From Psammoneis japonica (taxonomy: Eukaryota), in assembly GCA_008632985.1 (NCBI GenBank), contig QPGO01000027.1, positions 372,001 through 436,000 on the forward strand: a DNA stretch of 64,000 nt. Reading direction: 5' to 3'. The notes under the pieces were generated by a model. That model searched no databases and was not told where the DNA came from. It saw nothing but the letters and a program-made list of their open reading frames with translations. Numbering within the stretch: the first letter of the stretch is position 1; every line of letters begins with the position of its first letter. Shown here piece by piece: positions 46,981 through 57,332 of the stretch. The position numbers were made by a program, and so were the translations under genes.

Positions 46981-47808
46981 TTAATTACGCACCCATTCAC
47001 AGACTACTTGTGGCTCACTTCCAAGTGGTCGTCCTTGGTTCGAAACTCCAAAAATTCGTGAAGAACCTTCATCAAAAGAAAATTCTGAAAACGATGCGAG
47101 CGCGTCTTCACCATGTGTCGGAACCAACTGCACTGTATCCCCTTTCTGTAAGAAATTTACCCACTCCGATCTCTTGCCGTCGTTTGTATTACATTCAGTA
47201 GGCCCGCCGATACTTTCCCATCTCAGAATACCACGAGAATCGTCGCTGCCGTCGAAAAGCACTCCAGGTGCATCCATGGACGCCCCTGCTCCGGCTGATC
47301 GAGCCCAGTAGTACGAGCCTACATGATGGTTGTTCAGTCCCAGTACCAGCGTTGCCAAGTCAGAGACTAGAGTGTCGGAAGGCCCTCTGCACAGCTTCGG
47401 AAGCAAGTCGATTTCGGCGAGAAACGTCGCAACAGGATCGTCCTTGCCATCCACAGCCTCTTCTTTGCTTCGGATCACACTAGTATGTAAATATCCAATA
47501 GCTGCTTCATCGTTTCCAACGTCAAAATTTAATACGATCCTGGGAGTTTCGGTATCTGGTTCTTTCGTTCCTCGGTCCGCTAGGGGCACTGGATACAGCG
47601 TACAGTCATGCTTTGGCGAGTATAGCGAGGGCAGCTTGCCTTTGTCTAGTTCAGGGCATGGTTGCATTTTGCGGTGCAGTGCTCCCACATCAAGAACAAA
47701 CGACGGTGTTGGGATATCACTCAACAAGAGCAAAGCACCTCCGTGAGCAAACAAACTTATAGAAACAGCCAAAGTGAGAAGTACTTGATGAGTTCCGCAG
47801 CCTCTCAT
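46981..47808 (-). CDS. Hypothetical protein with signal peptide; weak similarity to the termini of the D-serine dehydratase/D-amino-acid aldolase family
   Basis: Uninterrupted ORF in gene-like DNA; SDIPTPSFVLD near the N-terminus and LQKGDTVQLVPTH near the C-terminus. Confidence 0.7.
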   Translation of the reverse strand: MRGCGTHQVLLTLAVSISLFAHGGALLLLSDIPTPSFVLDVGALHRKMQPCPELDKGKLPSLYSPKHDCTLYPVPLADRGTKEPDTETPRIVLNFDVGNDEAAIGYLHTSVIRSKEEAVDGKDDPVATFLAEIDLLPKLCRGPSDTLVSDLATLVLGLNNHHVGSYYWARSAGAGASMDAPGVLFDGSDDSRGILRWESIGGPTECNTNDGKRSEWVNFLQKGDTVQLVPTHGEDALASFSEFSFDEGSSRIFGVSNQGRPLGSEPQVVCEWVRN

Positions 47809-48405
47809 TTTGAGATGGTTGGCCGCCAACCACCCGTCGTCAACAGCAATAAAAAATGCCCCTACGCTCGCGACATGGAATGATCAGCAGAAGTAGAGTA
47901 CCGTAGTTGGAAATGTCAAATGCCTCAAACACATCGTCGCCTTATCTGTGAATCAATCGATCGTCTCTCGAATTTTGGGTTTTCCTCTTGAATTTGAAAT
48001 TGAGGTGGATCTTTTTATGACGTCACATAGACGAAAAAGTTTGAATAATTAAAATTCTACGTATTTTTACCATAAAAATGAATATGAAAGTTTTATTGAA
48101 TAAGCTAATTCCGAATGTCCAGGCATGGGCCCGCGCACTCCCGGCTTGGGAGGTCGGGGCCCGCGGCGGCCTGCGGGACTGCCTCCGACCTGCTCCGACG
48201 ACCTCCAACCAAAAACCGACGTTGAGCGTATCATAGTCTTAATACAGTATATCTGAGTTGTTAATTATTGCCACCCGCCACCCGTCATCCTCCTTCCCCA
48301 AGTCTTTCTTTCCTCCCTATTGCACTGCAGCTTTTGCCTCCCGTCGATCATTGCTCCGCTCTTGCTTTATTGAGCTTCTTGTTTTCCGTGAACAAGAATC
48401 TCAAC

Positions 48406-49737
48406 ATGCATCTTTTCGTTACAAATAATGTGGCTATCTGCACAGTTTTGCTCGCTTGTGTTGGCGACGCCTTTGTTGTCCCTTTGGCTCAAAGACACAC
48501 GCACCACCAATCAGTATCATTCTCAAATAACAAAGCTTTCCCGACCAGATTGCACACTTCTCCAGAAGAAGATGCTGAAATTGACGATGAGATTTCGAGG
48601 CTGAAGTCCATGGCAGCCAAGCTGCGAGCAGAAGCAGCATCACTTGAAGCTGAAAAAGCGAGCGAACTTGCCGCAGCAGCTGAAAAGGTAAGGCACCTAA
48701 AGCGTCTCGTTTCTATTCACCGTTCGTACCACCACAGTGATCCTTACAGCGACAATCTTTTCTGTCAATCCGTGTCAGGCTTTTGAGAAATTTGATACCA
48801 ACAAGGATGGGGAAGTGAGTCTAGCAGAATTAAAAGAAGGACTGGAAAAGAAATTAAAAACAGAGCTCTCAGAAACTAGGGTTAAGCAACTTATGAATGC
48901 CTTTGATACGTCCGGAGATGGCGCGTTGCAAGTCGACGAATTTGTCGGCATTGATCAGTTTCGGAACAAATTGGAAGCTATCGCGCGTGATGAAAAAGCG
49001 GCCGCTCAAGAAGCTGTCAAGGCGGCAAAAAAAGAAGCAGAAGAAGCTCTCCTTGCAGAGGCACGGCTTGCTATTCTAAACGACAAACCACCTAGCAACA
49101 CGGACAAGCTATTATCAGTTTTGCCGTATCTACTACCACTTTTGGATGGCCTTCAATTTGGACGATTTCTGCTTGAGGGGGAAAGCAACCCGCTCATTGC
49201 CATTCTCGCTGTTTTATTCACGCTTTATAGAAGCATTCCTTTCGGGGGAATCATTGCATTCTTTGCTTTGAACTTTGTCGGAAGCAACCCGTCGCTGAAC
49301 AAGCTTGTTCGGTTTAATATTCAGCAGGCAAGTTTGAGTTTGGTTCTACAATGCCCGCCAACAGGTTGATTGAACCCTCTTGTATTCTTTTTCGACTTCA
49401 CTCATGCTTTCGTCGTCATCTGGCCTTGTGTGAGCAGGCAATCTTTGTCGACATTGCTTTGTTCTTCCCCTCTCTGCTATACTCGGTGTACAGTCTGATT
49501 GAACAGGGATTGGGCGGTCAAATTTCACCAGCCGTGACGGAACTTGGGACGGATGCCGTCTTTATCACCCTGATTGTAACAATTGCGTATTGCACTGTTA
49601 GTTCGTTGCTGGGAATCATACCGGACAAGATTCCGCTCATATCTGATACTGTAAGCAAACGTATGCCTACGATTGATATGTTTGATGACAAGGGAAAGTT
49701 TGTTGGCCGCCGTCGTGATGACGACAAGAAGAAGTAG
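48406..49737 (+). CDS. TIC20: Plastid Tic20-family protein with an N-terminal EF-hand pair (exons 48406-48687, 48779-49327, 49438-49737)
   Basis: Bipartite presequence (VGDAFVVP); EF-hands DTNKDGEVSLAE and DTSGDGALQVDE; Tic20 motifs LSVLPYLLPLLDG and VRFNIQQAIFVDI. Second intron is GC-AG. Confidence 0.88.
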
Positions 49738-50245
49738 TTGTCAACCTTGCGATTCTTGGAAGTTCTACTCTCGCTGCATGTCCGACTCTCAGATAGATTT
49801 CGGTGACTGCAATGAAACATGCTATAGCAAACATTTTCCTCACATAACGAATCGAAAGGGTCTAGTGTCTACAAATACAATTTGGTGTACGTTATACTGT
49901 AGCTCGTAGCCTTTCGTCATGGGGCGCAAAACTTTAACGTGGTTGGAAAACACCGCCACCAAAGCCCGATCGATCGATCGAGTCAGTCGTGCGAATGACG
50001 TGGCACACAAGATTCGCTGAAACGGCGCGTGTGTGAGGCGCGAACGACAATGGCGGGAGCGGTGTTGCTTGTCGGTTGTTCTCGGCAAACTTTTCGGTGG
50101 CCGACACCATCATCACGCCTCTCTTACTGCACTTGCGCTTAAATCCTGTGCGTTTCTAGGTCACGAGAGGGAAAATCAAACTCGGGTTGAAGCTTAAGCA
50201 AAGAAGAAAAAAAAGAGACCGGGAGAAATCTGTTCGAAAGAAAAA

Positions 50246-51149
50246 ATGAGGCGCCTCTCGCATTGCTTTTTGGCAACATCTTTGTTTCTGTCTGCTGATG
50301 TTTGCGCGTTTGGGTTCAGCACGCAACCGCTTGGGAGCAAAACAATGAAACAATATGGATTAAAGGCGGGGAAAGACGACGACGACATGAAGTTTCGCTC
50401 CAGTACCAGCTTTGGAACTTCCGATGTGCCGGAGAGCCAGCGTCCCGTAAACGAGTATCTTGATCTCATTGGCCAGCCTCTCTTTGGTTGGGCAACTGAA
50501 GATGTAGGTGATAAAGGCCTAGCGGCTCGGTTGGCAGCAGTTTATGCCGTGACATTTGCTGCAGTGTGCTATCCCATATCCGGAGCGACATTCACTCAAG
50601 ACGGTTTCCTGATGCAGAAGCTTGCCGCAAGCAATGTTGGTGCTTTACTCTTGATTGTCGTATTACTCATTCGTCTCTACTCGGGATGGGGTTATGTCGG
50701 AGCGCGTCTTCAAAGTAAAGTGGTGGAGTTCGAGGAGACAGGTTGGTATGACGGTGACATTGCTCAAAAGACAAAGGAAGAGAAACGCCGCGATGGATTT
50801 CTATACCAAGAAACTGTGAAACCAGTGATAGATAGACTGAAAGCCTTTACACTTGCGACGGGGAGTCTCTGGGTTGCCTCTTGCATAGTACTCAATGTGG
50901 CTGTTTCGAGCAAGCCGCGCTTTAATGAATACGACCCGGCCATGCTGGAACGTGTGCGCTACGATGAACGGCTAGCAAATGTTGCAGCACGCGAGAGCGG
51001 GAGTAGACCCACCTATTGCGATAGTCGGTACTACCGTGCCGTTGCTAATGGTGGCCAAGGTGAGATAGATGTTTTGCGCAGCTGTTAATAGCAATACTGT
51101 CTCGCACTCATGTTTATCTACCCTCTGTTTCTGGACAGGATGCAAGTAG
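50246..51149 (+). CDS. CGLD27: CGLD27/Ycf36-like (DUF1230) plastid protein (exons 50246-51059, 51139-51149)
   Basis: VPESQRPVNEY and RLYSGWGYVGARL...EFEETGWYDG motifs; VCAF presequence; the terminal GT-AG intron is inferred. Confidence 0.88.
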
Positions 51150-51567
51150 AAGAATAAACGTTCCATCCTAGAGAGAAGTCCCGATGGAAGTGAGAACTGG
51201 GAAGCACACCGGCTTGCGTGTACTATGCGGTTGCTATTCGAAAAGTTTCACGAGACTTTTTTGAAATAAAATAATTTGACGTACTTTCTCACCGGTTGCC
51301 AGTCGCAGTCGTATGGTAGTCAATCAAGCAACGAGCGAAGCGATTTGAGCCTGAATTTGTATCGCTTCATCAGGATCAAACGCGAAAATTCCAAAAAATG
51401 TCACTGCACAAGTTTTTGACAGCCCTCGCGCAGAAATCTTGGACGAAAAGTGAGAAAACACGTAGGTTTCTACGCGTCTCTGGTACAAAAAATCACTGCT
51501 CCGCCGGTCCGCCGGGCGACAGGACGACATTCAGCCGCAGCCGCCTCACCCTCCACATAACACCACC

Positions 51568-52791
51568 ATGTGCAACGAAGTATGGGTAAGATGGAAGGGC
51601 TCTACTACTAGTAGTAGTAGCAGTAGTAGCGATTATTGGGTATTTGATACTGTCACTGATCTGAAAGATGATGCGCAAATCAAGGACCTGCGGAAAGCGT
51701 TTGTGAAGCAGCAAGGCCTTCTCGATCAGGTTTCACCGGCGGAGGTGGCAGTGCGCGAAACAACCGAGGATGGGGAGGAGATACTCAAGGCGAGCACCCC
51801 ATTGGTGACCTATTTTGCGCCTCCAACAGGCGCGGTAGCTGCCTCGAGTCCCGGAAAGAGCGAGGACACTGCTTTGTTTCTGACCTATCCGCCGCTTGCT
51901 AGAAGTGCTCTCGAACGAATCGAAAAGAAGTTGAACGACATGGCCAGCGTTGATATTCCCATGTCAGAAGCCACAATGAATTTCACTTCGTCTTTGCTTG
52001 ATGACTTAAAAATCAAATATATTGTCCGCAAGGTGAACAATGAGACTGGAGAAGGAGTATTGGTGCAATACCCCTGGGGGGAGAAAGAGCACGAAGCAGA
52101 TGGACAACCAGGCTGCCAACGGATTCTTGAAGGAGAAATGCTGCCACTTGACTTCGATGGCGCTTCGCTTGGTATATACGACGTTCGCAATCATTTACTT
52201 CCTGAGCTTCAAGCCGGGAAGCGAAAATCAAACGGATTTTCTGATCTGGCTGTGGGTCCTGTAGAGTCAATGGCGTACGCGGTGGCTAATGCCAAAGATC
52301 TGGTACTTTCCTACGCGGTCGCGTTGGTCGAACTGAAAACTGGAAGGGCGGACTTGAAACAAGGGCAGCTTCTACTGCAGCTGGTTTCCCTTGCTCTGGT
52401 TTCTGGGACGGGTCAAGGTGTTGTTGTATTGGGTACTGATTGCGCCACCAAGTGGCGACTGTTGCATTTTTCCAGCTACAACACTGTTGTTGTGCAGCCA
52501 TACACGCATGGAAAAAAGTGCATTGCAGATTTCAAGAATCTGATTGGAAGCAGTACAGCGAGAATGCAGCAAAATGCTGCCCGAGAAAAGTTGACAAGCA
52601 TATTGCGAGACGATAGCTCTGATGTTGATATGAAAGATTTTGGCGTGGAAGAGACTGATCGGGACAAAGCGATTGAACGGGAAGCCAAGCTTCGAAAGCT
52701 TGCTGGTGCACTGGGATCTTTGTTCCGCGAGACCCTGGAGGTTCCTTCTTGGGCGAAAGCCTCGGAAACCTGCCCCTCTTATTACACGTGA
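51568..52791 (+). CDS. Crinkler/CR-like protein: ubiquitin-like header plus PD-(D/E)xK-like C-terminal domain
   Basis: 407-aa intronless ORF; N-terminal VWV...V.DLKD...DLRKAF...LKAS.PL; C-terminal SDLAVG...VALVELKT...QGQLLLQL...VLGTD. Family assignment inferred from motifs. Confidence 0.6.
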   Translation: MCNEVWVRWKGSTTSSSSSSSDYWVFDTVTDLKDDAQIKDLRKAFVKQQGLLDQVSPAEVAVRETTEDGEEILKASTPLVTYFAPPTGAVAASSPGKSEDTALFLTYPPLARSALERIEKKLNDMASVDIPMSEATMNFTSSLLDDLKIKYIVRKVNNETGEGVLVQYPWGEKEHEADGQPGCQRILEGEMLPLDFDGASLGIYDVRNHLLPELQAGKRKSNGFSDLAVGPVESMAYAVANAKDLVLSYAVALVELKTGRADLKQGQLLLQLVSLALVSGTGQGVVVLGTDCATKWRLLHFSSYNTVVVQPYTHGKKCIADFKNLIGSSTARMQQNAAREKLTSILRDDSSDVDMKDFGVEETDRDKAIEREAKLRKLAGALGSLFRETLEVPSWAKASETCPSYYT

Positions 52792-53713
52792 TGAAAGGAG
52801 TTATAAGGTGAACCACCACCACGACAACGAGTTCACAACGGTCACCACCCACCGGCGTGACGACTCCTCCTCCCATGCCACATAAAAAATGGCTCCAGTC
52901 CTCCTAAAGAAGCGCTTTCATAGAGTGGGAAACAGCAATACCTAATCGTCAGCGATCGACTGATGCTACGCTTGCTACCGCAGCCGGGTTGGGTGGCCAA
53001 AGGATGTCCTCTGCATCTGTTTTATGTCGGCCGGCCACCCTACTCATTGGTGCCACGTGCGGGAGTGCACAAGGCATAACCAACCACCCTTTTATCTGAA
53101 TCCGCTCACTGCTCCCAAACTGCCGAAAAAAGAACTTTTACCAGGTAACTGAAAGAAAAAGGTCTACCAATCAGACATTGGTGTTGCGGCCGTCCTAGCT
53201 TCTGCAGTCACTGCGTCTCTTTTGGCTGGCCCTGCCACCGTCATGGCCTTGTATGGAATGCCCTTGAGAGTTGTAAATGCCTGGTTAGTACCGTACAAAT
53301 GGCTACAGCACACTGACGTCGATGCGCCACAACTTTTCTGACAATGCGCACAGCTTCGTCAAGGGCGCGATTCACACCATAGATCGACCATACGACAAAC
53401 TCGACCCGTGGGGCCTCATTGAGACTTTACATCACAAGATCAGGACGACGCACGTGGCTCACCATTTGGATTCTACCATTCCACACTATATGGCGGAACC
53501 TTGAAACAGACTTTTCCATATTTGTACAACCCAACCACAATCCCTTACCGTTGTCTGGAGGATTGCTCAAGGATGCACAGCGGTCGAAAATTGCGGTGAA
53601 TACTGGATCCGGAGCAATGACGATCTTGAAGACAACATTGAAACGGGCAAGCGATAGTCTGAGCAAAACTTTATTCATAGTCGACTAAAGTCTCTAAAGG
53701 GACCAACTGATTG

Positions 53714-54300
53714 CTACATCAAAATTCTAGACTCTCCTAAGCAATTTATGAAGGCTGTCCACGGAAATGCATCCGCGGCCCGTTGGCCAGCGAGCCGACC
53801 AATCATTAGAACCGTTGCCATTATGTTCACCCGTGTGGTAGTTGGCATAACGGAGGCATCTGCGACGTACAGTCCTTCTATGCCTTTCACTTTAAAATTC
53901 CCGTCCACGACCTTTCCGAAGGAACAAGTTCCTTGCTGGTGCCCCACCTCAAGCACCTGGCCGGGGTGCAGTTTGACGAGACCCTGCTCCGTTCCATCAT
54001 TCAAAATGACCAGGGCGAACTCACGTTGGCCAAGGTGTGCAAAATCACGTGCATGGTCAGAGGAAAAGTTTGTGTCCCCCTGGAGTGAAGGGGTGCAATT
54101 GCAGAGGAATCGCCACAAAAAAGTTGGCACCCCCAGGAACCCCTGTGAGAAACTTTGCAGCCACCCAGGAGCACAAGTGTTGGAAGTTTGCATGGCAGCA
54201 TGATCTGGAAGCCCCACAGCAAAAAAGTGGAAGAGTTGTTCCCCATGTGGCCCAGCCGGGAGTGTCAGCCATGGATGACAATCTCTGTCAGAGCTGAAGC
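53714..54300 (-). pseudogene. GMC oxidoreductase C-terminal domain; 5' part degraded inside the hypermutated domain
   Basis: HQQGTCSFGKVVDGNFKVKGIEGLYVADASVMP...NIMATVLMIG is the GMC C-terminal signature; no intact N-terminal FAD-binding part was found upstream. Confidence 0.8.
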
Positions 54301-57300
54301 ACTGGGTGTTGAGCACTTTGTTCAATGAATGTGACACAATGTCACTCCCAAGAGCACAGCATTGCATGCCAAACTCAATGGATGTGATGCAAACACACAT
54401 GTGCACTTCAAACATTTTACACAGAAACGACAGTGACCCTCACCAAATTTTTGACGTGAAAAATGACAACGCTGTGGCTGCAAATGCCGCTCGCATTGCT
54501 CCCACACTGCTCTGTGCTAAAAACTCAAGACATGGAATCAACTTGTCCTGTTGTTCTCATGTTGCATTTGCACAAGGCATGCATGTGGTTGGCAGCAATC
54601 TTGGTGCTCTCTTGCTGTTCTCAAGTTGCATTTGCACCAGGCATGTGGTTGGTGGCAATCTTGGTGCTCAAATCAAAGGCACACTCATGACCCCCAAAAT
54701 GATGCTGTGCAGAAGCCCACACAAATTCTGTGCAAAAACAAAAACCCTTCATTGTCTCTGCTGCAAATGGCAACTGCAACACTGCACAAACAACCTCAGC
54801 AACAAACCAACACATCAGAAGGTGTGTTGAACAATGAAGATGGTCACATCAACAACAATGCTGCACATGGCTCAAATGGCAATGATGGTCATTGTCAATG
54901 CATCAGTGGATTTGTGTGACTCTGAGGTTTTAAGGATTGAGAATTTTGTGCTGCAGGTGGGGCAAAAGCAAAGACATGTGGGCAGACAAAAAATGCGACA
55001 TGCAGATGGATGGACAAAAAACACTTGCATGTTTTGTTGATGATGAGCACACAACTGCATTGAATGGCTGCACATGACTTTTTGTGTGTGATTTACACTG
55101 GACTGCACACTCAGGGAAGAGCTTGCTGAGACTCAACAAAAAATGTCTCTTCCCAGGCAACTTCAAAATGAAGGGCATGCGCACACCTGCCACATGCTGT
55201 TCAGTCAAACATGCAAGGACACATGATGCAAAATTCAAAGTCAGAGTTGACAAATGGAGCATTGACAGTTGTGTGTGCAACATCTGCAAAAAGACCCAAA
55301 TGATGTTGGAAGTGTCAACTTCTGAGATCAATTTGCATGGCTGACAACTGAAAAATCTTTCAACAGTTTTGTCAAAAACTGTTGTTGTCAAACAAAGATG
55401 TGCAAAACACTTCACACAAAATGTCCAACTGGCACAACAGGTGTGTTCCTGCCAGTTGCAGCCTCCTGCAGTGCAGTGCCTCTGGGCACTGACCTTGCTG
55501 ACTGCCCGTCACTGACCTCAGCATGCCCAAATGCACACTTCTGCATGAGCCAGCACTGCACATCTTGCAAAGCTTCTTGGGCACAATGTCAGCAAAAACA
55601 ACCCACAAGCAAGACACCAACCTGTGCAAGAAGGCTGAGTCTTTTGCTTGAGGAGGTCATGTCATTTTTCAAGGATGTTGACATGTCCTTGGCTTGCCAG
55701 GGTGTGGGCACAAGCACCAGGGGCAGCATGTTTGGAGCCCACAGTTTGTTGCTTTGGACTGCTGCACAAATCTTTGGCTGGCACTGGCCAAAGTCTTTGC
55801 CCTCTTGTTGGAAGTGCTCCTTGTCTTCTTGTTGGAAGTGCTCATCACACCTTTGTCCAACTCAGCTCCCTTTGTGGTCAAAGTCCTTTGATGACATGAG
55901 GCCCTTCCCCTTTTGATCACTGCCAGTCTCACAGTCAACACAACTGCGCTGTGCTGCACTGCCTTTTTGCAGACACCCCTGGAGAGCCAAAGCCAGTGCC
56001 CAGACCTTGCATCACTCCCTCAGGTGCTTCAAAAGCTTCTCTTTGCCTCCGTGCAAAGGTCTTCTCTTGCTGAGTCACAAGGAGTGACAGCACAGGGGGG
56101 GGGGGCAGGATGAGGGTGCTGTGACATCACCCCCAGCAGTGGAGGAGGGGGCACCAGCTGCAGAGCCTGGCAAACTTGCCTCTTTTGTGATGCCTTGTGA
56201 CACAAGCCACACTCTGCCACAGCAGCACACTTCTTGGCAAAGGGCTGTAAAGAACTTTGTGGTCAGCCAAGCTCCATCAGTGCCACATTTTTTGATGCTC
56301 CGCTGAGCACCACCACAAAGGAACCCTGTGCTCAGCCAAGCTCCATCATCACATTTGATGCTCCACTGAGCACTGCTGCTGGGGACATCAGAGCTTTTCA
56401 GTCTCCATGCTTTCCACAGATGTGAGAAAAAGATTGTGTTGAGGCTGGCATCTGTGATCCAGCATGTTGGGTGGTGTCTCTCTTTTCAGCATCAGTGCTG
56501 TTGTGCTGTGTCTTTTGTTGCCTTTGTGTGGGTGGGCTGGCATCAGCAAAATGTGCGCTTTGTGCCAGGACACTTGCAACTCAGTGTTGACCAACTGCAA
56601 AGTTTCCTGCAGCAATCAGATTGCAGTCAGTTGATTGCATTGCTGTGGAGCAGTGATTGGTCAACTGCAATTGTGCCGTGATTGCGTGGTCTGGTGAACT
56701 GACAGCAATTGTGATTGCAGTTGCCCTGCCGGCCAGGTGTGCCCCCTGTGCAAGGGCATCCTTGGTGCAAGAGCGCACTCCGTGCAGGAGAAAAGCTTGC
56801 TGCAGGCAAAGAAAACGAGCCATTTCACTGATTTTAGCTAGAAAAAGAGCTCACATTTTGATTGCAATCAATTGCAACAGTTGATTGTGATTGCAACCTT
56901 GGCTCTTTCCCAACAATCAGGTCATTGCAATCAAGTTTGCAACAGCAATTGCAATCAAAGTGAGGCTGATTGCAATCAATCCTGGCAATCAGTTGACACT
57001 GTTGCAACTGCATGTGTTGACCTTCTTGCTTGGAGGTCAGCAAATGGTCATGTTGTTTGTTCAGTGCAGAGCTGGTGTGTTTTTGCCATGAAAGGCACAG
57101 TGCACCCACCACACAGCTGACCTCAGGTTGTGCCAGCAGTGCAAGCTCTGACCTGCTGCACCAGAAGGATTGCATGCATGCACATGGAGCAAAACAAGAA
57201 AGGGGACCTCCAGGGAAGGTCAGCATGATGAAGTTTTTGACTGTGTGGCAGGGTGCTTCAATTTGTGTGGCTGCACACTGCATGTGATTGTGAAGTCACG

Positions 57301-57332
57301 ATTGTGTGGTGGCATCCACAAATGCCCAGCTG

